Assembly (NCBI GenBank): GCA_041937175.2
Contig: CP166615.1
Span: 2,528,001 to 2,592,000, forward strand
DNA: 64,000 nucleotides
Origin: Limnothrix sp. BL-A-16
Lineage (GTDB): Bacteria > Cyanobacteriota > Cyanobacteriia > CACIAM-69d
Direction of reading: 5' to 3'
Positions 21,701 to 31,218 of the stretch are shown one piece after another; the first letter of the stretch is position 1; the number at the start of each line of letters is the position of its first letter. The notes under the pieces were generated by a model. That model saw nothing but the letters and a program-made list of their open reading frames with translations, did no database searches and was not told where the DNA came from. Position numbers and translations under genes: made by a program.

Positions 21701-23348
21701 CCGTAATGTCGCAGCCCCCGGTGTTGGAGATCGTAATGCTGTAGGTAATGGTGCTGCCGGGCAGTACTGCTTCTAGACCATCGGTTTTGGTGAGATTAAT
21801 GTTGGGCTTGATCGGCTGGCTGGGCAACGTTCCCAGGTCACCCACGCTGATTGCCTGATCGGAGGTGAGGGCTACACCGTTAATCACGGTTCCCGCTGGA
21901 ATCCGTGTGCGGGCCACCAGGGACACGGCTCCCGAATTTTGGTCAATCCGATATAGCCCTGCACCACCCGGGTTTTGACCCGTTGTGGTGGCATAAAGGT
22001 TGCCATCGTAACCTAAGGCTAGCCCTGCGAAGGGAACACTGTTTTTGGTTAAGAGTTGCGCCGAAACTGGGATGGGAGTGCCATCAAAAGGTTTAGCCAA
22101 CTCAGTTGCCGGGATCCTATAAAGACGACCGGTCGTTGGCCCGTTAGCGGGGCTCCGCAAAACCATGAGCAGTGATCCATCGATGGGATCCACCGCAAAG
22201 TCACCACTGGTGGAGCCACTCACCCCATCATCAGGTGGCAAATCATCAGGGTTACTGGAACCGATGATGCTCGTGATTTGCAGTCTTTTGGAGAGAATTT
22301 GGCTGGAGGCGGCTGTGGAAGCGGCCACATTAATAAAGTCGATCGTCCGACCACTGCCCGCAATTAGGTTCCCCGCCGTATCAAAGGCTAAGCGCCCAGA
22401 GTTGAGGGTGTTAGGCACGGGAGTGCCACTGCCACCGGCTAAATCGGTGACCTGGATCGTACCGCCCCCGTTGGGTAAGCCATAGATGCGGTTGGAGTTG
22501 GGTTCACGGGCGATCGCGTCGCTGGCCAGGAAATTAGCCTGCTGTAGCTTCACTTCTCCCGTGGCCAAATCAACCGTTACCAGGTCGTTTTGTCCACCAC
22601 TACCATCGAAGTTGGCGATCCCAAGGAATTGGTTGGGAATACAGGGAGCCAACAGACCGGGATATTGGGCGATCGCCCGTTGCGTGAAGGGCACTTGGGC
22701 TTGCAGGGGCCCGGTCGATCGATCCAAGCGCCAAGATCCACCCCGATCGGCCGCGCCCACGAGGCTGGTGGCCGCGCCCACGGTTGCTTGGGTCAGGTGG
22801 GCCAGGGTTTCAATCAGTTGCTGCCCCAAGATGCCGGCCCCCGTGCGGCAACCATAGAGCAAAATTTCGGCTCGATCGCTCAGCAACAAAGCCCAACGCC
22901 GCAGCCAGTCCCGCACATCCCGAGACAGATCCGCCGCAGACAGCCCCCGATCGCCCAACTGCAACCAGCCCGGTTGACCGTGAGCAATCACATGGAGTTG
23001 TTGAACCGGTTTTTCAGCTAAGGCTTGGGTCATTTGGGCCCAAGCTGCTTCCGTTGGCTCCAACCTCAGCACCCTTGCGCCGGGCTGCACTCCCTGAATC
23101 AATTGGTCGATCGCTTCTACCCTTGCATCAATCACAACCAGGGTGGATTCAAGGTTGTTGGGCTGGCGTGACTGAAAAGACGTAGACAAAACAATCGATC
23201 GATCGGTGGACTGCAATGAGCCATCAAAATGTTGATCTTGCGAATCACAATTTTGATCATTGCTTTGGCGTTGCATCGATGATGAACCCTCAGCAAAAAT
23301 ACTCAGAGTAGTCAACCCAGACGATTGTGTTGATTGATGCGTGCTCAT
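18771..23348 (-). CDS. Large secreted protein: DUF4347 + propeller-like region + DUF11/Ig-like + RTX hemolysin-type Ca-binding repeats
   Basis: LHVIAHGQPGWLQLG / ILLYGC (DUF4347), LTKTDG..PGSTITYSITISNTG (DUF11), many GGxGxD repeats, T1SS-like C-terminus. Confidence 0.9.
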   Translation of the reverse strand: MSTHQSTQSSGLTTLSIFAEGSSSMQRQSNDQNCDSQDQHFDGSLQSTDRSIVLSTSFQSRQPNNLESTLVVIDARVEAIDQLIQGVQPGARVLRLEPTEAAWAQMTQALAEKPVQQLHVIAHGQPGWLQLGDRGLSAADLSRDVRDWLRRWALLLSDRAEILLYGCRTGAGILGQQLIETLAHLTQATVGAATSLVGAADRGGSWRLDRSTGPLQAQVPFTQRAIAQYPGLLAPCIPNQFLGIANFDGSGGQNDLVTVDLATGEVKLQQANFLASDAIAREPNSNRIYGLPNGGGTIQVTDLAGGSGTPVPNTLNSGRLAFDTAGNLIAGSGRTIDFINVAASTAASSQILSKRLQITSIIGSSNPDDLPPDDGVSGSTSGDFAVDPIDGSLLMVLRSPANGPTTGRLYRIPATELAKPFDGTPIPVSAQLLTKNSVPFAGLALGYDGNLYATTTGQNPGGAGLYRIDQNSGAVSLVARTRIPAGTVINGVALTSDQAISVGDLGTLPSQPIKPNINLTKTDGLEAVLPGSTITYSITISNTGGCDITAPFLLNLSDAPPAELLSPVWNPNVLAPPGIGLALNAGETKTFQVSGRLSETATGVITNTARVSLPAGLFDPDLGPLAPQVITATDATRVVGGVNTPPTPLNLVLPYNPNGSIPLAAADPDSDPIREFVITEIPPGSSLFLLDPLTGAKVSLSAGQSIPPGNVGNLRFESPDGKGFFKYSARDDKGNLSPDSATVLFDRPEIIAEPPVPLNGIFNVVPGSATDLTEPPENGVAKFRLGGLPPTAIDPNSDSIKNYNITRLPALGDLYVGDPFNGGRKITSTGLLTPEEFGNLFFIPRADFTGKDFLTFDVIDIKGNRSLISGTISFIAPPGISVASTPPTPPTPVNRALGDLPFFITSFTDVAGAAPNCGCVASPLAASWQIPNPLIVPELPALVIPPPPETGGNRLLGTPGNDDLVGTASNDFVSGFAGNDRLRGGPGSDELIGDLGNDSIFGGLGNRAAVGSGVDADRLGGGEGNDLLNGNEGDDVIFGGNGQDIINGGKDNDILLGDRGSDILRGDQGADTIIGGQGRPDNRPDPSDRDLIFGNTENDVISANEGEDTVFGGQGDDYIRGGKEADLLHGDRGSDILIGDLGNDTLIGGTGVRLISDPNGQDLLFGLGGDDLLYGNEGQDTLSGGDGKDTAFGGRDNDLILGDLGNDVLYGDLGNDTLLGSGGSNVPIGGGADDDLLYGGRGQDNLNGGQGQDTIYAGQEDDLVYGGKDNDLLYGDKGNDVLSGDLGNDTLIGGNNNTRDPDRTGNDLLLGGGNEDLLLGNDGNDSLAGEDGNDTARGGQGNDYLWGGAGLDLLMGDRGNDTLCGEAGNDTLYGNNPDRPQSVGTASDNDVLSGNAGNDLLFGNDGDDQLDGCEDDDTLFGGKGNDTLTGSAGNDVLSGDQGDDVLFGGEGIDTFVIGLNRGVDIISDYFANNDRIALAGGLRFTDLSFVEEGNSILVRAGETPIARLQGIPALQFVNSQDFILV

Positions 23349-23591
23349 GAAGCTCTCACAGAAAGGTAGAAAACAATGTGTCTTGCATCCCTTTAACGGG
23401 GAAATAAATAGATGCCCCGGACGATTGATAAATTTGAGAGAACTTGATCGTTCTCGTCTAAATTTAATGATGGACTAGTTGTGCCGAGAGAAGGGTCATG
23501 GGTAGTTCCAAAGCATGATATTGATCACGGATTACACCGTGAAAACCAAGCAAGGAAAGTTAGTCCAGACTGTGGCAGAACGAGTATTCGG

Positions 23592-23631
23592 AAATTCACA
23601 ATCTTGATTGAAAATTCACAATCTTGATTGA
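23592..23631. repeat. Perfect 20-bp tandem duplication in AT-rich promoter region
   Basis: aaattcacaatcttgattga x2. Confidence 0.85.
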
Positions 23632-23731
23632 AAAATTCTCGAAAAATTTAAATTTTTTAGAGTGAAATTGATCCATGCATTTTGAGTTCTGATCATGACT
23701 CAATGCCAACCAATTCATTCACTCCTTGTCT

Positions 23732-24049
23732 TTACGTCTTCCGCTTGAGATCAATCTCAAGGCCATGAAAAGCCATGACGATATCACAATAGCTTGAACG
23801 TACCCTGACCAACGACCTGGGTTTCACCAGGGCGCTGATTTGAGTAAACTGTCTCAGTTGCGAACTTGTAAAGGACTCTTGGGACAGTCCGTGAAATTGA
23901 TGAGACGGTTCGACACCCAAAGGAACGACTTCAAGGCAGATTCTGGGTGATCGAGTATCAAAGACTACAGCCAGTTTCACTGGTTCTTCATCTTTGGTGT
24001 GTAATCTGCGATCGCTCAAACCTTGGGTAGGGTGGCCATCCTTGAGCAA
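23732..24049 (-). CDS. Hypothetical small protein (uncertain)
   Basis: Only sizeable minus-strand ORF in the AT-rich gap; no recognisable motif; possible internal GTG start. Confidence 0.25.
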   Translation of the reverse strand: MLKDGHPTQGLSDRRLHTKDEEPVKLAVVFDTRSPRICLEVVPLGVEPSHQFHGLSQESFTSSQLRQFTQISALVKPRSLVRVRSSYCDIVMAFHGLEIDLKRKT

Positions 24050-24783
24050 CTTCTTGAGTCCTATCTATCTAAAGGAAACATATTTTTCTGTTTGAATGTG
24101 CTTGGATCGATCTGCACCCTGATTTTAAAATATAGCGATAAATTTCTTAAGAAAACTCAGTTCAAAGGAAGATTTTAGATTTTTTCACTGAAATAAAGTC
24201 TTCGTACAATTATTTCTTCAGTTCTCAATTAAGAAAATAAATAATCATCGTTCGATAATTTAAGTTTGGTGGTTCAATAATTTGATTTTTAATTTCCAGT
24301 AATTTTTGATAATTATTTGACAATTAAGTCATCTCGAAATCATGAAAATATCATGATCAAGGTACTCCATTAGCTCTTATACTGCTCAATCATAATTTAG
24401 TCATCATAGTTTGTAGTATTTAGCAGTTGGGATCGAATAATTATCGAATCATAAACACTGAAAGAGAGAACGGATGGGTGAAGGACGAATTGATCGTAAT
24501 CTGGTTTTGATCCTTCGATTACCGTAGCTTGCGTGGCTCAAAATCGAGGGAGACAAAAGACTTTTCGATTGACTCAGACCAATCAGTTCGATCGAGTCCA
24601 GACAATTACAACACTGAGCGCAGAAAGTTAGTTTTCTTGGGTAGATGGGACTCCAGAAATGATGTCAGGCTGCGTCATCCCGCCTGGGGTTTGGTTGATT
24701 GCATCCTAAACCGCAAAAATGAAAAACCAGTGAAGCCACAGAAATCATGGCCCCCAGATACCCTGAATCATCCCTGACTCAGG

Positions 24784-26178
24784 TTATGGATTCGTGAGCG
24801 TTTGCAAGGTCAAAACCTGGGGCGGAGTGGCATCGGGGGGATAGATCAGGCTGACTTGCACGAGCCGATCGCCCTGGGGGGGTAATTGCACGGTCGCGAG
24901 GGGCTGACCCGGTTCTCCTCGGCGCTGCACCAAATGCACATATCGCGTTTGTGGCAACCCCCGATCGTCGGGGTATCGAATGCGGACGGTTCCCCGAAAG
25001 AAGACCGAGTTGGGCAACGGATCGAAAAACTGCAACCCAGGCGCGGGCGCATCAAATTTCACTGGTGTTTCTAGGGCGATCGCCACCGTCTGCGGTTGGG
25101 CTGTGGGGTTATGCAGGGGCAAGGTGAGGTCATATTCAATCCCGTAGTTGCCGTGGGCGGCCCAGGCCGTATCCGGGTAGCGAGCCACGATCGGGGCGGT
25201 TTGCACTTGCTCAGTCCCTAACCGACCGGCAACCAGGGTGCTCACACCATAGGAAAAGGCTGCACCGGGGGCGGGAATGCTGAGGCGTGGGTTGTTGGGC
25301 CCATCGGTGACGATCGCGCGCCAACGGGACCCGATCGCCACGCCGGCCACCCGGCCATAACGTAGGGGGCCCGGTGCGCCGGGGGCCGTGGGAACCGGCT
25401 CGCGTGGCCCTGACAGGGTTCCGGTGGTGAGTGTGGATCGCCAGTCCGCTTCCGTGGGGGGCTGTTCTCCACCGTCGGGGGTTGCCTGGGCAAAACGGGC
25501 GAGGGTAGCGGCATAAACCGGGCGATCGCTGTCCAGACGCAGCAGGGTGGAGCGACCGTTCAGGGGTGGATTGAGCGATCGAACCGGGATGGGCAAACTG
25601 GTCAGCACAATTGTCTCGCCCGGGGGAATGGTGACCCGATCGGGCAAATCCCCTTGGCGGCGGCCTCGCAACACCCAATCCACCGCTCGGCTGCCGGGCC
25701 CCGAGTAGACCTGGCCGATCGGGTTATCCACCATCGGCGGCAGGGCAATGAACGGCGCATCAGGCTGGCTGAGATAGCTGGCCCCCTGAAGAACTCGCAC
25801 CGTTGCCGATCGGTTGGGATCCGCGTTGCCCAACACAATTCCCACATAGAGCGATCGTAGGTCGATCGCCCCATTTGGCCCGGCTGCCTCCGCTTTGGCA
25901 ATGTGGTGGGCAAAAATATCAAACCGTCCTTGAAACACCTGATTAAGGTGCGCCTCTGGACTGCGCATTCCAGCAGGGGGAAAGGTCGAGAGCAAAATTC
26001 CCGCTTGCTGGACAATTTCTGGGCTGTTGCTATTCAGCACAGGCACAGCATCCAAATGCCCCGGGAGCGATCGAACTTCCTGGGGCCGTAGATTTGGCCT
26101 CGGACTCGGTGCAGGCGTTCCGGGTGGCAAGCCCTGCGCTCCCAAAATCCCCGCCAGTAGCCAGCTTGCCAACACCAT
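24784..26178 (-). CDS. DUF3370 domain protein
   Basis: LPGHLDAVPVLNSNSPE, GRFDIFAHH, AHGNYGIEY, YPPDATPPQVLT. Confidence 0.88.
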   Translation of the reverse strand: MVLASWLLAGILGAQGLPPGTPAPSPRPNLRPQEVRSLPGHLDAVPVLNSNSPEIVQQAGILLSTFPPAGMRSPEAHLNQVFQGRFDIFAHHIAKAEAAGPNGAIDLRSLYVGIVLGNADPNRSATVRVLQGASYLSQPDAPFIALPPMVDNPIGQVYSGPGSRAVDWVLRGRRQGDLPDRVTIPPGETIVLTSLPIPVRSLNPPLNGRSTLLRLDSDRPVYAATLARFAQATPDGGEQPPTEADWRSTLTTGTLSGPREPVPTAPGAPGPLRYGRVAGVAIGSRWRAIVTDGPNNPRLSIPAPGAAFSYGVSTLVAGRLGTEQVQTAPIVARYPDTAWAAHGNYGIEYDLTLPLHNPTAQPQTVAIALETPVKFDAPAPGLQFFDPLPNSVFFRGTVRIRYPDDRGLPQTRYVHLVQRRGEPGQPLATVQLPPQGDRLVQVSLIYPPDATPPQVLTLQTLTNP

Positions 26179-27022
26179 CCTTCAAACCCTCCCGCAACCA
26201 CAAAGCATTGCGGCTCCCATTATCTCAAACCAACGGCCCCTCCTTGGTTGCCGGCTGCTGGGGTTCCTCAACCCATCGCCCTAATCGAATCGAGCAACTC
26301 GCAACCCTCGATCGCCCCAGCCGTGCAACTCCCCAGCGCAAAAAACCAACGTAGCCCAGCATCTATCGGCACTCAACAGCGAAATTAGCCCAAAAACGGG
26401 CTGAAACGTTTCATTTAGGGTTACTAACCTATTCGTGCCCCTTGGAAGCCGAAATAGTTCAACAGTCCCTTGGCAACAAAGCCACGACAACCCATCAGTC
26501 CCAAGAGGACAATGGCATCAGAAATCGCAATCGAAAATCCTGAGTAATTTTTGGAGTAATTCTTGGAGCAATCTTTGCAGAATCACCTGGGCAGAGTGAT
26601 CAATTTTTCGCCTAAAGGCTTCGTGATTTCTGACAAAAACATCCCGTGATGGCCGTCACCATAATTTAAATTTTTTCAGATTTTCAATCACCAGAAATCT
26701 TGCCCAAAAAGACTTTCAGCTTTTTTGTATTTGATCTTTACTTAATCTTTAAACTTTAAATAGACTTCATAAAACTGGCTTGCAATTAAAGATTCCGCCA
26801 AGAGCCAGAAAAACCCTAGACAGGCCTTCGTAAACACAGTACAAGTAAATCAAGAACCCAAAAGAGCGCGTGCTTTTCCAGGCAAAACAAGCGGACTAAA
26901 TCATTCACCGGTTTGGTAAGTGGGCGCGATCGACATCAAGGGTGCTGTCAGGAAAAGCGATTCCAGCAAAACTACCACTGCTCACCAAGAACATTCGGAT
27001 TAGGACTAGGAGGATTTAAATC

Positions 27023-27766
27023 GTGAAAGGTTTTATTTGGAAAGGCTTTGTCCTCGCAGCGGCTACCCTCGTCGGCACCATGTCTGCCTCCGCCGCCCGC
27101 GCATTGCAACTAACTCCCGAACAGTTGGCCCAATTTGATACTTACGTCCAACAGGAGCGCAAAGCATTCACGGCGCTGGAACTCTCGAAAATTAACCCCA
27201 ACAGCCTGAAGTGGTCGGGTGCTGCTGATTCGCTGGAAGTCTACTTCATCAACGAAGGCGCAGGTTATCGCAACCAGTTGCTCTTTTCCGCCAACGATGG
27301 CCCTTTGAGCACGGTCTTCAACGATGTGTCTTCCAAGGAGTCGATTTTGGCTGAGGCTGATGGCCCCCTGAAGCGGGGTCAAGGCGTGAGCCTCGGATCC
27401 TTCAGCAAAGGCAGCGTGATTGACTTCTTCCTGAACTCTGATGGTTACAGCCGTGGCGAAAACTACGCTGGCATGACTTCGGATCAGGTTTATGGCACCG
27501 GGACTTGGAACTTCTTGGGCGCTGATGCCAACCGCAATGGCGACAAGCTGCAACACATGGTTGCCTATGACCTGGGCGATGGTTGGACTCTGATGGGCTT
27601 TGAGGACATCGTGACCGGCGGTGACCTGGACTATAACGACACGGTGTTCGTGGTTCGTGGTGTGGCTGGCTCGAAGGTGGCAACGCCTGAGCCTTCGGTG
27701 ATGCTATCGCTGGCTGCTGCTGCGGCTCTGGGCCTGGTGTCCCGCCGTCGTCAGCAAGATAGCTAG
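27023..27766 (+). CDS. PEP-CTERM sorting protein with DUF4114-like domain
   Basis: Signal peptide, GFEDI..GGDLDYNDTVF, C-terminal TPEPS-TM-RRR; GGAGG RBS. Confidence 0.92.
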   Translation: MKGFIWKGFVLAAATLVGTMSASAARALQLTPEQLAQFDTYVQQERKAFTALELSKINPNSLKWSGAADSLEVYFINEGAGYRNQLLFSANDGPLSTVFNDVSSKESILAEADGPLKRGQGVSLGSFSKGSVIDFFLNSDGYSRGENYAGMTSDQVYGTGTWNFLGADANRNGDKLQHMVAYDLGDGWTLMGFEDIVTGGDLDYNDTVFVVRGVAGSKVATPEPSVMLSLAAAAALGLVSRRRQQDS

Positions 27767-28150
27767 ACCGCTCAAGTGATGCTGCCATGGGTTGCTACTC
27801 AACAGTAGGCAGATGATTGAAGTAGATGGTGGCTAGCGATTGCTAGTCGTTAGCAATCGCTAGCCATCAGACTGGCGGGTGAACCTTTCAATTGGGCTGA
27901 AGTTCCATCCGTCGGTTCGATCGAGCAATGGATATGGATTTGGTTCGGTAGATTATGGGTGAGTTGAGCAAAATCAACTCGCCCACCTTTTTTTGGGCTA
28001 TTTTTCGGCTTTTCGGCTACTTTTCGGCTACCTTGCGGGCAAAGGGTATTTTTTGGGAAAACTGCGCTTGGCCTGTGCCTAGCCTGTGCCATCATCTCCG
28101 GGTTAGGAATGCTGACCGGGAGATGATGGCTTTTGGACGTTACAGGATGG

Positions 28151-29125
28151 ATGGCGGCAACGCTGGCGGCTAGTTCGATCGCCCCGGTGGGGATGGCGCA
28201 CCATGGCGTGGGCTGGTTGGGGGCGACGGTGGCGGCGCTGTTTTGGGGGTCGTATCTGATCCCCGTGAAACGGTTGCCAGCGGTGGATCCTTTGGCGGCG
28301 CAACTGAGCATGGCGATCGGGATTGGGCTGTTGGCCATTCCGCTGGCGATCGCCTCTGGAGCTTGGATTCCCAATGGCTGGGGCCTGCTGGCGGGGGTGA
28401 TTTGGGCCTTGGGCAATTACGGCTCCATTTTTGTGGTGCGGGCCTTGGGTTTGGCGCGGGGGTTGGCCCTGTGGGCCACGATCGGGATTGGGGTTTCGTT
28501 TCTTTGGGGGGCGTTATTTTTTCGGGAGCCGGTGTTGTTACCGGTGGCCCTTGGGGGAGTGGCGCTGTTGGTGGCGGGAATTGCCCTGATGAATTGGCCC
28601 GATCGCCCAACCAAAACGCAACCCCCGATCGAACAATCCGCCCATCCACCGGCTAACCGATCGAGCCAACAATCCAGCCGCCGACTCAAAATCCAGGATC
28701 AGGGCTGGTGGCTTTGTGCCGTGGTGGGGTTGCTGTTTGGGTCGCAATCAGTCCCCTTTGCCTTTGCGGCCCAAAGCCCGATCGCCTTTGTGCCGTCTAT
28801 GTCCCTTGGGATTTTGGGAACAGCGAGTCTGTTGGCTGGGCAACGGGGAGGCCGGGTGTTGCGGCAGTTGCCCCGATCGAGCCTGTTGGCGTTGGTTTGC
28901 TCGGGAATGCTCTGGAATGTGGCGAATGTGGGCAGCTTTTTCGCGGTCGATCGCCTCGGGATGGCGGTGGGAATGCCCCTAACTCAGTTTGCGATCGTGG
29001 TGAATGCGGCCTGGGGTCTGTGGTTGTTTCGAGAGGTGACCGGTCGTCAGCGAATTTTGCGAGTGGCGATCGGGACGATCTGCGCCTTTGGTGGAATTAT
29101 TCTGATTGGAGGATCGCGGCTTTGA
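28151..29125 (+). CDS. DMT-superfamily transporter (GRP/GlcU-like sugar transporter)
   Basis: Two 5-TM halves; FWGSYLIPVK, GVIWALGN, WGLWLFREV; start uncertain. Confidence 0.75.
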   Translation: MAATLAASSIAPVGMAHHGVGWLGATVAALFWGSYLIPVKRLPAVDPLAAQLSMAIGIGLLAIPLAIASGAWIPNGWGLLAGVIWALGNYGSIFVVRALGLARGLALWATIGIGVSFLWGALFFREPVLLPVALGGVALLVAGIALMNWPDRPTKTQPPIEQSAHPPANRSSQQSSRRLKIQDQGWWLCAVVGLLFGSQSVPFAFAAQSPIAFVPSMSLGILGTASLLAGQRGGRVLRQLPRSSLLALVCSGMLWNVANVGSFFAVDRLGMAVGMPLTQFAIVVNAAWGLWLFREVTGRQRILRVAIGTICAFGGIILIGGSRL

Positions 29126-29237
29126 GGATTGTTGGATTTTTAAGTTATTGGATTTTTCAGGCGCTTGGTCTTCGATCTTTGATATTTCGTCTGTATAAAG
29201 CCTTTGCCTAAAGCAATCAGCCTGTCACATTGCAGAT

Positions 29238-29300
29238 GCTATGGAGGCTAAAACTGATTTGCCAAGCGTTGCCGCTATGCCTATTAAGCGAGGTGAAAGC
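29238..29300 (+). repeat. Degenerate 63-bp direct repeat, copy 1 (left of VWA island)
   Basis: Aligns without gaps to 31125-31187, 47/63 identical by my count. Confidence 0.75.
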
Positions 29301-29753
29301 TATTGGCCAGTGAAAGAGGTCGATGCACTTGCATAACTCTAGTCACGATAAAATTTCCTCGAAGGGGAGTGTGCTTCCGCAGATGAAGGGTAAAACCCAG
29401 AATTTTGGGCAGAGACTAAAGTCGATTAATGACACCCCACCGGGAAAGTTGATTTCGCGCTTGCCATCCAATACACAGTCGGGCTACCTTATACTTGCAG
29501 TAAAGTTCTTAGATTGTTGGTAGCATAAGCATCACCAAACGTCTTTTGAAAAAGATGCAGGTTTTAACTCGCTTACTAGGCATGGTTGTTCGTAGGGAAG
29601 CCATGCCCGCCTAGATAATTGCTTCATGGCATCTGTGATATGGCGCACCGATCATCCTAGGTAAAGACTGTGGTTTGAAAAACTAGTAGCAAAAATGGTT
29701 GATTACGCATTTTACTATTTTCTTATTCAAGCGTTAAACCCAGGAGTAATTGA

Positions 29754-30989
29754 GTGAGCGAGCCGAACAAGAGATATACAAGTTCATTATGGGAGAAAAT
29801 TGTAGCTGTCATTTTGGCGACTGGAGTAATTATTTCTTTTATTTACTTTGTTTTCAATCCCCCAGCAGAAAACAGTGCAGCTCTTCCAATCATTAGATTT
29901 CTCGCTGCTACTGCTTCCGGCCTATCTGCTTTTTTATTCGTTGGTGGACTTGATTTAGAAGCAACACTACCCTTCAACAAAGGAGTTGTTCGGGCAGCGG
30001 GTGGATTTGCAGTTTTTATTGCAGTTTTTTTTCTATTCTTTTATGGAATTCCCAGTAAAAATAATACTTTAGTTTCTCCATCCCCTGAGTCTAGTTCTGC
30101 TGCTCCAACCATTAGTCCTTCGCCGCTTGTCACCCCCTCTACAGATAGTGTAGGCGACAACAAGCAGGCTCTAACTACCAAAAGCTCCCTCATCCTAATT
30201 CTAGACGCATCTGGTAGTATGAACACGACTTTTGACAAGCAATCAAGAATAGATTCAGCCAAAAAGGCTGTGGAGAAAATAGTTGAAGAACTTCCCTCAG
30301 AGAGAGAATTTGGCTTAACTGTTTATGGAAATGAAAATGCAAATTCTTGCAATAGCTTAAAAACCTTAGTGGATTTAGGAGATATAAATCGAAGCTTTGT
30401 TTTAAGTCAGCTTTCTAAAGTAGAAGCCATGGGATCGACCCCAATTGCGGCATCAATTCAAGAAGTAGCAAAGACCATAAAAAATCACAGAAAAGAAACA
30501 ACGATTGTACTAATAAGTGACGGAGAAGAAAGCTGCGGAGGCGATCCATGTCAAGTTGTCAAACAATTAAAATCAGAAGGCTATAAATTTACATTTCATG
30601 GCGTTGGGGTTGATACGAATTCGCAAGCAGATCAACAATTGTCTTGTCTTGCGAGGGAAGGAGGTGGGTTCTATTTAAAAGCTGATCCTGGCAACCCAGG
30701 TGGAATATTAGAAGAATTAGAAAAAGCTACATTAGGAGGTCAGTTTCGTATCAAAAAACCTAAAGATTCGAGAATAGACGGCTGGAAAATCACCCTATCT
30801 GGCAGTAGTTCTCAAGACCCAGTTCTTCTTGTAAAAAAGCAATCGGATTCTCAGCTTTGGAGAACTTATCCACTTGATAGTGGATCTTACGATATTTACA
30901 TTTTTATTAGAGATCAGCAAAGTGCTGTTCAAGTTGGTCAGGCACAAGTCATGAAGAATCAAATTACAGAGTTTGATACAAAAAGATAG
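29754..30989 (+). CDS. Membrane-anchored von Willebrand factor A (VWA) domain protein, low GC
   Basis: Three N-terminal TMs, Ser/Pro linker, LILDASGSM (DxSxS), GSTP, ISDGEESCGGDPC MIDAS motifs; AGGAG RBS. Confidence 0.9.
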   Translation: MSEPNKRYTSSLWEKIVAVILATGVIISFIYFVFNPPAENSAALPIIRFLAATASGLSAFLFVGGLDLEATLPFNKGVVRAAGGFAVFIAVFFLFFYGIPSKNNTLVSPSPESSSAAPTISPSPLVTPSTDSVGDNKQALTTKSSLILILDASGSMNTTFDKQSRIDSAKKAVEKIVEELPSEREFGLTVYGNENANSCNSLKTLVDLGDINRSFVLSQLSKVEAMGSTPIAASIQEVAKTIKNHRKETTIVLISDGEESCGGDPCQVVKQLKSEGYKFTFHGVGVDTNSQADQQLSCLAREGGGFYLKADPGNPGGILEELEKATLGGQFRIKKPKDSRIDGWKITLSGSSSQDPVLLVKKQSDSQLWRTYPLDSGSYDIYIFIRDQQSAVQVGQAQVMKNQITEFDTKR

Positions 30990-31015
30990 GAGAAATTTCC
31001 AGACTTGCAATGACA

Positions 31016-31104
31016 GCCTAAATAATCCCATTGCACACCGACTACATCAAGTTGACTGGCAGTTACGAGAAATGACTGGCAGCAGGTAAACAGGAGCGTT
31101 AAGT
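31016..31104 (+). mobile_element. Degenerate attC-like integron recombination site
   Basis: GCCTAAA(~RYYYAAC)..ATTGCACACCGAC....GCAGGTAAAC-AGGAGC-GTTAAGT(GTTRRRY); 89 bp, starting 27 bp after the VWA stop. Confidence 0.55.
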
Positions 31105-31124
31105 AGATGGTCGTCATTCCCCCG

Positions 31125-31187
31125 GCTATGGAGGCCAGCACTGATTTACCATGCGCTGCTAGTGTGCTTATCAAGCAAGGTAACAAC
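31125..31187 (+). repeat. Degenerate 63-bp direct repeat, copy 2 (right of VWA island)
   Basis: gctatggaggccagcactgatttacca... versus gctatggaggctaaaactgatttgcca... Confidence 0.75.
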
Positions 31188-31218
31188 CGTCTTTGAATAT
31201 CCGAGTTTGTATATCTGA

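Noticed and set aside
26826..26838. GTA..TAC upstream of the PEP-CTERM gene as an NtcA site
   Set aside because: Spacer is 7 nt rather than 8
29300..29730. Possible integron integrase remnant upstream of the VWA cassette
   Set aside because: Only short ORFs, with no tyrosine recombinase motifs visible
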